61,765 bases of DNA from Bacillota bacterium (lineage in GTDB: Bacteria; Bacillota; Dethiobacteria; DTU022). The position numbers and the translations under genes were made by a program. The DNA lies in the NCBI GenBank assembly GCA_051748565.1, contig JBNJHN010000005.1, forward strand, positions 1-61,765, in the 5' to 3' direction. This document shows, piece by piece, positions 1 to 9,335 of this stretch. Within the stretch, counting starts at the first letter, position 1; every line of letters begins with the position of its first letter. Under the pieces are notes generated by a model that worked only from the letters and a program-made list of their open reading frames with translations, did not search any database and was not told the DNA's origin.

Positions 1-818
1 CCCACCTTGCGATCAACACGGTCTTTAACTTCTTCATACATTTCCCTGTAAAAATCAACTGCCTCCTGATCGCCGACCAGGTACATCTGGGGGATTATCG
101 AATGAAAATAGTCGGTTGAGCCCATCGGACTGGGGATCGCTTTTCTAAGAGCCAGTGTGTCGCGCCAGTAACCCAGTGCTTCATGTGACAGAGCAAGTAT
201 CTCACGTAGCCGGTCCAGGTCAAGCTTTTTCCCGGTATGTTTTTCCATAAAGGCTACCTGACCGGCCAGGTCATCTCTTAGCAAAGTTAGGTAATGATTT
301 TCAATGCGGGGGTCACGCGGGTCAATGTCCCAGGGCGGAGCCAGGGGATCGCTGCTGTAAACGGGGACATCGAAGAAGCGTGTTGCTATTGATTGAAACC
401 ATTTCCAGCGTGGTTCACATATAAAACCAGAACCGAGCAGCATGGACGGAGTGCCCATACCTCCGGGAAGCGGTGATTCTTCCGGTGCTTCACCGGTTTC
501 TTTAAATAGCTTGCAGTAGCCCATAGTGTTTGTTACATATGAACAGAGTTCCTGCGAATAACCGTCACCCTCGGCAACCTCAATAAAGTGAGGAGCAACC
601 AGCCTGCTGGCACACATGGTACCAAAATTCTCAGGCCACTCGAAAAGCAGGTCGAATGCTTTCAGCAGCTCGGGGGGTACTCCGACCATGCACCAGGCCA
701 GGGGTTCGTTGCTGAACATTCGCTCCATCATGCGCATAAAAAAACGCGGCAGCATCTCTTTCATTTTTCGGGTTGTCTCAAGGTGGCGTTTAGCCCGGCT
801 CATTTCACTCTGACTCAT
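1..818 (-). CDS. 2-hydroxyacyl-CoA dehydratase / benzoyl-CoA reductase-type subunit (HgdA/BcrB/BzdO-like), 3' end runs off the window
   Basis: Not in ORF track. Manual minus-strand translation from ATG 818 (SD GAGGAGG upstream): MSQSEMSRAKRHLETT...PELLKAFD...WPENFGTMCA...AEGDGYSQELCSYV...ICEPRWKWFQ...FDVPVY...GKKLDLDRLREIL, open to the window edge; these are HGD-D family motifs. Confidence 0.85.
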   Translation of the reverse strand, partial: MSQSEMSRAKRHLETTRKMKEMLPRFFMRMMERMFSNEPLAWCMVGVPPELLKAFDLLFEWPENFGTMCASRLVAPHFIEVAEGDGYSQELCSYVTNTMGYCKLFKETGEAPEESPLPGGMGTPSMLLGSGFICEPRWKWFQSIATRFFDVPVYSSDPLAPPWDIDPRDPRIENHYLTLLRDDLAGQVAFMEKHTGKKLDLDRLREILALSHEALGYWRDTLALRKAIPSPMGSTDYFHSIIPQMYLVGDQEAVDFYREMYEEVKDRVDRKV

Positions 819-854
819 TTAACGGCCTCCTCATGAAGTTAACTGCTGAAATCA

Positions 855-882
855 ATTCTTGCTATTACTCCCTTTATCCTGC
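855..882 (-). promoter_or_regulatory. sigma-H-like promoter of the dehydratase-family gene
   Basis: Minus strand GCAGGA-N18-GAAT. Confidence 0.5.
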
Positions 883-1007
883 CTGTCTAATAGGCTCAGT
901 TCATTTTTTAAGTATCGATCAAGAATTTCTTCATATATAAAACCTAAAAAGTGTTACGAAGACCATTTTGTTGCAAAGCACTCTTCCAGATAACAGGCTT
1001 TGTTGAA

Positions 1008-1036
1008 TTGACAGCAGGAAATCAACGTGCTACCTT
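1008..1036 (+). promoter_or_regulatory. sigma-A-like promoter of hisG
   Basis: TTGACA-N17-TACCTT upstream of SD AAGGAGG. Confidence 0.5.
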
Positions 1037-1069
1037 ATTACTACTTGTATTTAAGAAGGAGGGAATAGC

Positions 1070-1942
1070 ATGAATAAAATAAAATTGGGCCTGCCGGCCG
1101 GCAGTTTGCAAAGCACGACCCTGGAAATATTCAAAAAAGCCGGCTATAATATCCAGATAGGTGAGCGCTCATATTACCCTTATATTGACGACGAGGAAAT
1201 TGATTGTGTTTTAATGCGGGCCCAGGAAATTCCGAAATATGTGGAAGACCAGGTGTTGGATGTTGGGCTGACTGGAAAAGATTGGATCAATGAAACGGCT
1301 GCCAATGTTACGGAACTTACAGATCTACATTATTCAAAAAGCGGTTTGCGGCCCGTTCGCCTGGTTTTAGCCGTACCCCTGGAGTCTGATATAAAAAAAT
1401 TGGAAGATCTGGAAGGAAAACGTATTGCTACCGAACTGGTCGAAAGCACAAAACGTTATTTGAAAGAAAAAGGAGTAAAGGCCCAGGTTTCATTCTCCTG
1501 GGGAGCAACGGAAGTCAAGCCGCCATTGCTGGCAGATGCCATAGCTGAACTGACTGAAACAGGACGTTCTCTGAAAGCTAACCAGCTGCGCATAATTGAT
1601 ACAATCTTAGTCTCTACACCACGGGTAATCATGAATCATAATAGTTACAATGATCCCTGGAAGAGAAAAAAAGTCGATCGGATGATAACTCTTCTAAAAG
1701 GAGCCTTATTGGCGGAACAGAAAGTAATGCTGAAAATGAACGTGCACAGCAGCAACCTGGAAAAAGTAATCGATTTACTGCCTGCACTGCGAAAGCCGAC
1801 TATCTCAAACCTGTGCGCTGATGAATGGGTGGCCGTGGAAAGTGTGGTTGATGAAAAGAAAGTGCGCACATTAATTTGTGAATTACAGGATGCCGGTGCA
1901 GAAGGCATCCTTGAATTTGCGATAAACAAGATAATTCCATAA
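1070..1942 (+). CDS. hisG: ATP phosphoribosyltransferase, long form
   Basis: LGLPAGSL, RAQEIP, DVGLTGKDW, SWGATEVKP, AIAELTETGRSLKAN; C-terminal regulatory domain LPALRKPTIS...GAEGILE. Confidence 0.95.
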   Translation: MNKIKLGLPAGSLQSTTLEIFKKAGYNIQIGERSYYPYIDDEEIDCVLMRAQEIPKYVEDQVLDVGLTGKDWINETAANVTELTDLHYSKSGLRPVRLVLAVPLESDIKKLEDLEGKRIATELVESTKRYLKEKGVKAQVSFSWGATEVKPPLLADAIAELTETGRSLKANQLRIIDTILVSTPRVIMNHNSYNDPWKRKKVDRMITLLKGALLAEQKVMLKMNVHSSNLEKVIDLLPALRKPTISNLCADEWVAVESVVDEKKVRTLICELQDAGAEGILEFAINKIIP

Positions 1943-1958
1943 ATAAAATAAAAAGTGG

Positions 1959-2903
1959 GTGAAGATTTTGGAAAATGAAAAGCGGGAAAAACCCGAGTAC
2001 TTAAAGGAATTAATGAGGCCGCAATTGCTCTTGGGTGTGATTGCGGTTTTAATCTTGGCAATAATAGTTATGGCGATAGCTCTCATTCAGGATTCGCCGC
2101 AACAGCTGGATCAGGTAGCAACCACCGTTAACGGGGAACCAATTACCAGGGAGGAGCTCTTCGAAGCTATGTATGCCCAAAGTGGTCAGGAGGTTCTTGA
2201 CCAGCTTATTACCAGGCAGTTAATTGCCCAGGAGGCGGCAAGAGAGGGCCTTGCAGTAAGTGATGAAGAATTGGATGGAGAAATCAGGTCCATAATAGAT
2301 GAAAATTTCCAGGGTTCGGAAGAAGATTTTGAACAAGCGCTCGAATATTACGGGATCACTTATGATTCTTTCATAGAAGATACCCGTCTCAATCTCCTGA
2401 TCCGTAAAATAGCTATGTTGCGCATTGATGCATCTGAAGAAGAGGCGAGAAAATATTTTGAGGAACGGAGCCACCAGTACGGCCTGCCGGAAGAAGTAGA
2501 AGCGAGGCATATCCTGGTTGAAACTGAAGTGGAGGCAGAAGAAATTATAGTCTTGCTTGAAGATGGAGCAGAATTTGCTGATATGGCCCAGGAATATTCG
2601 ATAGATCCATCCAACAAAGAAGAAGGTGGTTATCTCGGTTTCTTCGGCCGGGGGATGATGGTACCTGAATTTGAAGAAGCCGCATTTTCTCTTGAAATTG
2701 GTGAGCGCAGCGGCCCGGTCGAGACTAATTTTGGTTTTCATATTATCGAGGTTCTTGGAAAAACAGAAGAAGAGAAAGCTGTCTATGAAGATGTAAGTGA
2801 GCAGGTTATAGAAGCAATGATTGCCGACCAGATACCGGTTGTTATCAGTGATCTGATCCAGCTGCTTTATGAACAGGCTGATATTGAGTATAAACTGGAA
2901 TGA
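1959..2903 (+). CDS. PrsA/SurA-like parvulin peptidyl-prolyl isomerase (foldase), membrane anchored
   Basis: N-terminal TM helix, VATTVNGEPIT, VEARHILV, FADMAQEYSID, GGYLGFF, MVPEFEEAAF, TNFGFHII. Confidence 0.9.
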   Translation: MKILENEKREKPEYLKELMRPQLLLGVIAVLILAIIVMAIALIQDSPQQLDQVATTVNGEPITREELFEAMYAQSGQEVLDQLITRQLIAQEAAREGLAVSDEELDGEIRSIIDENFQGSEEDFEQALEYYGITYDSFIEDTRLNLLIRKIAMLRIDASEEEARKYFEERSHQYGLPEEVEARHILVETEVEAEEIIVLLEDGAEFADMAQEYSIDPSNKEEGGYLGFFGRGMMVPEFEEAAFSLEIGERSGPVETNFGFHIIEVLGKTEEEKAVYEDVSEQVIEAMIADQIPVVISDLIQLLYEQADIEYKLE

Positions 2904-2955
2904 TTTAATGGTTAAAGGGAGATATGGATATGGCTAAGAATGCTGCGGTTAGCAC

Positions 2956-3717
2956 CTATGCCCGGGATGCCATTCTTCTGTATCTGCGGGAACCGGCCAG
3001 CCTGATGGCGGCATCGTGGGCCTGCTGCTCTAATTCATCATCGAGATCTTTTAGCCGATAATCCTGGTCACGATAATCAAGGGCTTTCCGCAGCAGATAA
3101 TCTGCCAGCCGGGGATTTTTCGGTAAAAGCGAACCATGGAGGTAAGTTCCGATTACATTTTTGTAAACGGCTCCTTCTGTCTTATCGCTGCCATTGTTGC
3201 CATAACCTGTAATAATCGTACCCAGGGGCTGCAGGGAAGAACCAAGATATGTTTTGCCTGCATGGTTTTCAAAACCGACGAGTGTTTGGGCAGGATCCCA
3301 TAAAGAGCAATTGATTACTGCATTGCCGATTAGTCTTTCCTGCCCGGCTTCTGTGTAAAGGTCGACAATCTCAAGGCCCCCCATCTTATCTCCCCTGCTG
3401 GTTGTATAGTAAAGGCCAAGCAGCTGGTATGAGCCGCAGACAGCAAAAATAACCATACCCTCTTCAACTGCCCGCCGCATATCCCGGCTGCGTCCCTTCA
3501 AATCCTCAGCTATAAGTTTTTGATCGCTGTCCTGACCGCCGCCCATAAAAAGCAGATCACATCGTGAAAAGTTAATCTTGTCGCCGGGTTCCACGGGGAT
3601 TATTTGAACATTGATTTCTCGCCAGCAAGCCCGGCGGTAAAGCGCCAGCATATTGCCCCTATCTCCATATAGATTTAAATGTCCGGGGTAAAGATGATAA
3701 ATGTTTATAGCAGCCAT
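2956..3717 (-). CDS. gatD: lipid II isoglutaminyl synthase glutaminase subunit (CobQ-like GATase)
   Basis: LNLYGDRGN, MGGGQD, AVCGSYQLLG, GFENHAG, TYLHGSLLPKNP; directly downstream of murT. Confidence 0.9.
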   Translation of the reverse strand: MAAINIYHLYPGHLNLYGDRGNMLALYRRACWREINVQIIPVEPGDKINFSRCDLLFMGGGQDSDQKLIAEDLKGRSRDMRRAVEEGMVIFAVCGSYQLLGLYYTTSRGDKMGGLEIVDLYTEAGQERLIGNAVINCSLWDPAQTLVGFENHAGKTYLGSSLQPLGTIITGYGNNGSDKTEGAVYKNVIGTYLHGSLLPKNPRLADYLLRKALDYRDQDYRLKDLDDELEQQAHDAAIRLAGSRRYRRMASRA

Positions 3718-3718
3718 C

Positions 3719-5167
3719 TTAATTCTCCCAGTAAGGTTTTGCCAGTCCTGATTTACTTAGAATGCGCCGCATTTCCAGCATTGCCGTATAAGTTGGCAGT
3801 ATAAAAAGCCTGCCTCCGGGCGGGGTTTGCTGAAGGGAGCTTTTAATTGCTTTGGTCGTATTCTCCTCGACGTTTATTTGTTCAGGATTGAAGCCGGCGT
3901 ATTTAAAGCGGACGGCCATATCCAGGGCACGCAAACCGGATACCGTCACGGTTGAAAACTTCTCTTTGATCGTGCAGAGCTGATCAAAATCGACATCCCA
4001 CAGCCAGGATACATCGGTGCCGTCGGCAATTTTATCATTTATCGCTACCAGTAAACTTATGCTATCTGTTTGTGCCAGGATGGTTCTCAATACCTCGTTT
4101 GCTCCGACCGGATTTTTTATCAGGGCCATGATCATTGTTTTACCTTCAATTTCGAAAAGTTCCATCCTTCCAAAAGAAGGAGCCGCTGATTCCAATGCAC
4201 TTACCACTGCCGTATCCGGAATTTCCAGAGCTTTTGCACAGGTAATGGCAGCTAAAACGTTATATAAATTATAGGTGCCCGGCAGGGGATTTTTCACTTC
4301 CAACTCAGACTCGGGTAAGCTTATTTTTAAGATTGTTTCGTCTTTGGGGTTTGAAATTTGCCCGACCAGTCTGACTTCGGGTTCAGGGCGCTTATAACTG
4401 CAGACCTGGCAGTGGTAATGTCCAAGATGGGCAAAGTAGATTTTTGTGTACACCAGTTTTTCATTGCAGGCCGGGCAGCTTTTAATATCCCGTCCGGTAT
4501 TTTGAAAAGTATCCTCAGGGAGATCCAGTGCCAGGCCATATGTCCATCTCTTTTTTCCGGTAATATTTTTGATACTGGCCAGGGAAGGATCGTCTGCGTT
4601 AATAACCTCGAAACCGTTGTCTGGTTGTAATTCCAGGCCCAACTTTATCGAGTCCCGAACGTGATCAACTTCTCCGTAACGGTCTAGTTGATCCCTGAAG
4701 ATGTTTGTAAGGACTATACCCCCGGGCCGAATCTCTTTTGTTAAACCGGGGAAAGCCCCTTCATCAACCTCCATGACGGCGAAATCTGCGTCTATTTTCC
4801 CTGTTAGCGAAGCGGCCCCGATCAAAGCTGAGGCTACCCCCCAGGACATATTTGAGCCCGATTGGTTGTGGATGCACCGATAGCCGGCGTTTTTCAGGAT
4901 GGAGCTTATTAGAGCGGAGGTTGTCGTTTTTCCATTGGTGCCGGTTACGATCAGGCTTTTTTCAGCTAATCTTTCTGTTAAGGCTGATGATAGCTGTGGC
5001 ACTATCTTCAGTGCTATCCGTCCGGGTAGAGTTGTCCCGCCTCGTCCCAGGATTCTGGATAAAACCATCAGTTTTTTCCCGGCCCAAATCCCACCGAGCA
5101 GTTTTAGTTTAAAAAGGCGGTTATCGAAACCGCCTGTTCCAGGATCATAACCCGGTTTTTTTCCCAC
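3719..5167 (-). CDS. murT: lipid II isoglutaminyl synthase Mur-ligase subunit
   Basis: GGTTLPG, VTGTNGKTTT, NIFRDQLDRYGE, CxxC..CxxC zinc finger, LIKNPVG, ADGTDVSWLWD, PTYTAML. Confidence 0.92.
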   Translation of the reverse strand: MGKKPGYDPGTGGFDNRLFKLKLLGGIWAGKKLMVLSRILGRGGTTLPGRIALKIVPQLSSALTERLAEKSLIVTGTNGKTTTSALISSILKNAGYRCIHNQSGSNMSWGVASALIGAASLTGKIDADFAVMEVDEGAFPGLTKEIRPGGIVLTNIFRDQLDRYGEVDHVRDSIKLGLELQPDNGFEVINADDPSLASIKNITGKKRWTYGLALDLPEDTFQNTGRDIKSCPACNEKLVYTKIYFAHLGHYHCQVCSYKRPEPEVRLVGQISNPKDETILKISLPESELEVKNPLPGTYNLYNVLAAITCAKALEIPDTAVVSALESAAPSFGRMELFEIEGKTMIMALIKNPVGANEVLRTILAQTDSISLLVAINDKIADGTDVSWLWDVDFDQLCTIKEKFSTVTVSGLRALDMAVRFKYAGFNPEQINVEENTTKAIKSSLQQTPPGGRLFILPTYTAMLEMRRILSKSGLAKPYWEN

Positions 5168-5190
5168 TTCTTACCTCTCAAGTCCGGCTT

Positions 5191-5655
5191 TTAGAAATTA
5201 GCCAAACACTGCACCACATCGGATCTTGTTATAATGCCAACCAGTTTTTCGTCATCGTCAATTACGGGAACCCGGTTTATATTTCGGCGATTCATCAGCT
5301 TTGCAACATCTGTAGCTGGAGTGTCCTCTTTAACGCTGTAAACTTTTTTGGTCATTACCTGGCTTATCAGGGTTCGATGCAGCATTTCAAAGCCTTCACG
5401 TATGCTAGCTATATCATCCATTTCAGTATACGGTGAAGTCCAAAACGAAAAATTGGATTGCGGAATTACACTCCTTTTCTGGGAGTAGCGAATAATATCG
5501 GTGTCGGAAATGATACCGATAACTTTACTCTCATCATCAACAACTATAAGACCGCTTATTTTGTGTTCGGCAAGGATGTCAAGAGCTTCCTTTACGGTTT
5601 GATCCTCTTTGACACTGACTGCAGGTGTACTCATAATTTCCTTTGCTGTAAACAT
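5191..5655 (-). CDS. tandem CBS-domain protein
   Basis: AKEIMS..VSV, VIGIISDTD, VMTKKVYSV, RVPVID..LVGIITRSD. Confidence 0.9.
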   Translation of the reverse strand: MFTAKEIMSTPAVSVKEDQTVKEALDILAEHKISGLIVVDDESKVIGIISDTDIIRYSQKRSVIPQSNFSFWTSPYTEMDDIASIREGFEMLHRTLISQVMTKKVYSVKEDTPATDVAKLMNRRNINRVPVIDDDEKLVGIITRSDVVQCLANF

Positions 5656-5784
5656 ATCATACCTCCCGGCTTAATAGAAACTTAAAAATGCTGGGACATG
5701 GTCTGCCATGCCCGCTGACTTATAAATAATTCTACAATAAGTTGTAGTTTCCTGCTCAGCTCCAGGCTATCAGGGAAATATGGT

Positions 5785-7626
5785 TTATTCAATATTTTGA
5801 AAAGCCATTGCATCGATAAAAATATCCTGAAAATCGGGACGGGTTGACAGTTCCAGGTGCTCAACCTTTTCGGGCAGGGCCAATGCTCTTTCCCGCATGG
5901 TTTTTGAGGCCAGGGCCATTCTCGATCCATCACCGGCAGCATTGCCGACAGCAATTATTTTTTCCGGTGGCAGCTGGGGCAGCAGCCCAATAGTCAGGGC
6001 ACTCTCTTTACGTACATAGTTGCCAAAGGCGCCTGCCAGTAATATTTGGTCAAGATCATCCGCACTTATTCCTGCTTCCTTAAGCAGTATCATCAGGCCG
6101 GCATATATTGCGCCTTTAGCCAGCTGCAGCTCGCGCAGGTCACCCTGGGTCAGAACAATGTCTTCTCCGGTGTCTGAATCTTCAGCCGGTACAAGAATAA
6201 ACTCAAAACCGCTTATAGTACGGCGTAATCTATTTATTAAATTAGCGGGTATTTTTTCAGGAGCTTCCTCAGGATTAACGAAGCGTCCGCTTGGCTCAAT
6301 TAAACCGGCATCAAGTAAAGCGGCGGCAGCGTCGATCAGACCCGAACCGCAGATTCCACAGGCAGCGGCATCGTCGATCATACTCAGCTTTATTTCACCA
6401 TCTAAGTAATCGCAAGCTTCAATTGCCCCGGAGGCTGCCCGCATTCCATGTTTAATCTGGGCTCCTTCAAAGGCGGGGCCCGCTGCTGTTGAACAGGCCA
6501 TCAGCTTTCCGTTGGCTGTCAAGACCAGTTCGCCGTTGGTTCCGATATCAATTGCGGCGCAATTATCTTTACGCTGGTCCATATTGGTGGCAAGGATAAC
6601 GCCTACAGTATCCGAGCCGACATATCCTGCAATGTTGGGCAGAAAAGTAACTCTTCCGGAAGGGCTTATCTTCAAGCCCAGTTCCGCTGCTTCTACTTCA
6701 AGGGCCCGGCTGTAAGCGGGAATAAAAGGAGCAGGGGCCAGGAAGGTAGGATCGATTCCCATAAAGAGGTGGCTCATGGTCGTGTTGCCGACAGCGACAA
6801 ACTCGTAAACACGATCCCGGGCTACCCTGGTTTGTTTAAGAAGGTCTTTAATAATCATGTTTGCCGCTTCAATTACCTTGTTCTGAAGTTGCTTTAAATT
6901 ATCCTTACCTTCTGAAGCATGAGTAATCCGCGAAATTACATCGGCCCCATAAGCATTCTGAGGATTGGTAGTTGCCGCCACGGCAATTACTGACGCGGTT
7001 TTTAAGTCAAGCAGCGAACCCATTATTGTGGTTGTCCCGATATCAAAAGCAACTCCGTAGATCTGGTCAGATGTATCTCCGGGTTCGATTGAGATAATTT
7101 TGCTGCCGGCAATAGCGGCAGTAATGGAATAGGTGTTATTTCTCAGCAGGGAAGGGAGACCGGAGAGTTCGCGAAGCTGGACAGTCAGATCGGGGCGTTT
7201 TAGGTGGTCAAGCAAACGTTCCAAATCAGCAGTCTGGTCTTTAACAGCAGGGCGGCTTAGCTTAACTGCTGCTTTTTCGACCATCGGCTCTGCTGCAAGC
7301 TCTTCCACACCTCCGGCTAAAGTTGTTTTACGCAGGTGGGCATCTTTTTGCACCGGTACTTCAACGACAAGGTCGTGGTCAACCGTTCTCTGGCAGGCCA
7401 GCGCCCAGCCATTTTCCAGTTCTGTTGATGAAAGGTGTTTGTTTTCAGCAGCTGTGGGGACGGTATTATCGCCCCCGGTAATTTTAACCCGGCATTTACC
7501 GCAGGTTCCTCTGCCAGCACAATCACCTTCAATATAGAGACCGGCCCTGTCAGCCGCTTTAAGTAAATTTGCTCCTGATTCAATGTCAATTTCTTTATTC
7601 TGGGGGACAAACTTGACTTTTGGCAT
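5785..7626 (-). CDS. RACo/AcsV-type reductive activator of corrinoid proteins (N-terminal [2Fe-2S] ferredoxin + ASKHA ATPase)
   Basis: CAGRGTCGKC...LACQ [2Fe-2S]; FDIGTTT, YGADVISRI, IDIGTNGE, TAAGPAFEG, GICGSG, LAGAFG, GNAAG. Confidence 0.9.
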   Translation of the reverse strand: MPKVKFVPQNKEIDIESGANLLKAADRAGLYIEGDCAGRGTCGKCRVKITGGDNTVPTAAENKHLSSTELENGWALACQRTVDHDLVVEVPVQKDAHLRKTTLAGGVEELAAEPMVEKAAVKLSRPAVKDQTADLERLLDHLKRPDLTVQLRELSGLPSLLRNNTYSITAAIAGSKIISIEPGDTSDQIYGVAFDIGTTTIMGSLLDLKTASVIAVAATTNPQNAYGADVISRITHASEGKDNLKQLQNKVIEAANMIIKDLLKQTRVARDRVYEFVAVGNTTMSHLFMGIDPTFLAPAPFIPAYSRALEVEAAELGLKISPSGRVTFLPNIAGYVGSDTVGVILATNMDQRKDNCAAIDIGTNGELVLTANGKLMACSTAAGPAFEGAQIKHGMRAASGAIEACDYLDGEIKLSMIDDAAACGICGSGLIDAAAALLDAGLIEPSGRFVNPEEAPEKIPANLINRLRRTISGFEFILVPAEDSDTGEDIVLTQGDLRELQLAKGAIYAGLMILLKEAGISADDLDQILLAGAFGNYVRKESALTIGLLPQLPPEKIIAVGNAAGDGSRMALASKTMRERALALPEKVEHLELSTRPDFQDIFIDAMAFQNIE

Positions 7627-7648
7627 CCTTTCAGCGCTCCTTTTTACA

Positions 7649-7680
7649 ATAAAAAATAAGCAACCTTGAACCAGGTTGCT
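7649..7680 (-). terminator. intrinsic terminator downstream of tRNA-Arg
   Basis: Stem AGCAACCT (7659-7666) / AGGTTGCT (7673-7680) followed on minus strand by TATTTTTTAT. Confidence 0.65.
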
Positions 7681-7688
7681 CCTTAATC

Positions 7689-7763
7689 TGGTACGCCCGC
7701 AGGGATTCGAACCCCGACTTCAGGCTCCGGAGGCCTGCGTGATATCCCTTTCACCACGGGCGC
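7689..7763 (-). tRNA. tRNA-Arg(CCG)
   Basis: Reverse complement folds as a cloverleaf: GCGCCCG acceptor, anticodon arm CAGGC-CTCCGGA-GCCTG, T-loop TTCGAAT, encoded CCA. Confidence 0.95.
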
Positions 7764-7784
7764 CTGGCAGTTATACACATTGCC

Positions 7785-7813
7785 ATAATATCACTCAGCA
7801 GGGGACAAGTCAA
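7785..7813 (-). promoter_or_regulatory. sigma-A promoter of tRNA-Arg
   Basis: Minus strand TTGACT-N17-TATTAT with TG extended -10. Confidence 0.65.
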
Positions 7814-7968
7814 ACCTAGCGGGAGCTCTCTGACGGGAAGTGCAAGATGTCTTGATTCGTTCTGCTGTCCGGGAAAAGACCGTTAATCATGTCTAAGCAA
7901 ACCATGTCATTTGCCCAAAAAATGGGCTGACCAATGAAGGCTATTAATAGAGGTGTTATTTTTACAAG

Positions 7969-7995
7969 GCAGGAAAAAGGATTTTAATATGGAAT
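7969..7995 (+). promoter_or_regulatory. sigma-H-like promoter of ymfF-ymfH
   Basis: GCAGGA-N17-GAAT. Confidence 0.55.
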
Positions 7996-8038
7996 TTAGA
8001 GTGAAAGCGGGCCTATCATTGTTCAAATTGGAGGAGGT

Positions 8039-9334
8039 TTGGTTTTGCAGGCAGATTACTCATATAATTATTTGCCAAACGGAATCAGGCTTATTTTTAT
8101 GCCTACGGTTAAGTTTAAAACAATCTCAATGGGGGTTTTTTTACACCAGGAGCTTAAACCCGACATGGCGGCGTTAAATGCTCTGCTGCCGTCTGTTCTC
8201 GAGCAGGGGAGCCGTTTATATCCCGATTACCTGACCTTGCAAAGAGAGCTTGAAAAACTTTATGGAGCCGATATCGCCACAGATATAATAAAAAGCGGTG
8301 AAAGGCACATCCTTGCTTTTACCCTGGAAACAGCCCATGATAAATATTTAGGTGAAGACGGCAAGCTTTTGCAGAAGGGCATGTCTCTTCTTGGATCTGT
8401 GCTTGGAGATCCTCTTGTTATTGACGACGCTTTCAGACAGGATTATGTAAAACAGGAGAAGAGTCAGCTAATAAAAGACATTAAGGCTATGCTTAATGAC
8501 AAGGTTTCATACGCTATGGAGCGCTGTCTGGCCTTAATGTGTGCCGATGAAAATTTTGGTATCTATAAGCTTGGAAAGATAGAGGATTATGGAAAAATTG
8601 ATGCAGCAGGGCTTTACCGCCACTACAGCGATCTCTTAACCCACAGTCCAATCGATCTTTATGTTATCGGTGATCTTGATCAAAAGCAGGTTTTGGAAGC
8701 GGCGGCGGAGATTTTCAGTTTTTCTCGCAACAGGGAGTATTATCCCCTGCCTGAAACTGAGATAATGCGCCCGGTGGGAGAAGTTAAATATGTTGAGGAG
8801 GATATGACGGTCAACCAGGCCAAAATGGTTCTCGGTTTTCGCACTTATACCGGGTACAGGGATGTGCTGTACTGCCCACTTATGGTTTACAGCGGTGTTT
8901 TAGGCGGCTTCCCTCATTCCAAGCTTTTCATGAATGTCAGGGAAGAAGCAGGGCTGGCCTACTATATCAACTCCCGCCTTGAAAAGCATAAAGGATTGAT
9001 GGTTATTTCAGCAGGGATTAACTATGCTGATCTGCAGAAAGCCAGGGAGATAATTGATCGCCAGCTGGAAGATATGGCCTCGGGAGCGATTACTGACGCA
9101 GAGCTTGATAATACAAAACAGGCCTTGACTAATCAGCTGCTTTCCAGGCAGGATAGCCCCAGCCAGATGATTTCTTTTCACCTGGAAGGCTCAGTGGCTG
9201 GTAAAGCATATGGTGTTCAAGAACTGACTGATGGAATTGAAGCGGTTGACCGGAAAGATATAATGGCGGTGGCCGAACGGATAAAACTAGATACTGTATA
9301 CCTCCTGCGGCCCCGGGAAGGAGGCAGTAAATAA
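8039..9334 (+). CDS. ymfF: M16 family peptidase, non-catalytic subunit (YmfF-like)
   Basis: KFKTIS, LEKLYGA, GGFPHSKLFMNVREEAGLAYY; no HxxEH; paired with the next gene. Confidence 0.85.
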   Translation: MVLQADYSYNYLPNGIRLIFMPTVKFKTISMGVFLHQELKPDMAALNALLPSVLEQGSRLYPDYLTLQRELEKLYGADIATDIIKSGERHILAFTLETAHDKYLGEDGKLLQKGMSLLGSVLGDPLVIDDAFRQDYVKQEKSQLIKDIKAMLNDKVSYAMERCLALMCADENFGIYKLGKIEDYGKIDAAGLYRHYSDLLTHSPIDLYVIGDLDQKQVLEAAAEIFSFSRNREYYPLPETEIMRPVGEVKYVEEDMTVNQAKMVLGFRTYTGYRDVLYCPLMVYSGVLGGFPHSKLFMNVREEAGLAYYINSRLEKHKGLMVISAGINYADLQKAREIIDRQLEDMASGAITDAELDNTKQALTNQLLSRQDSPSQMISFHLEGSVAGKAYGVQELTDGIEAVDRKDIMAVAERIKLDTVYLLRPREGGSK

Positions 9335-9335
9335 T

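Noticed and set aside
588-836. Plus-strand ORFs 588-836 and 616-813
   Set aside because: Antisense shadows of the minus-strand dehydratase-family gene; no motifs
7640-7763. tRNA-Arg as an integration site for an island or prophage
   Set aside because: No integrase, no duplicated tRNA 3' end noticed, and the flanking genes are housekeeping
7814-7960. Intergenic region between tRNA and ymfF as a possible riboswitch or ncRNA
   Set aside because: No recognisable aptamer motif or convincing extended structure; divergent promoters explain the space
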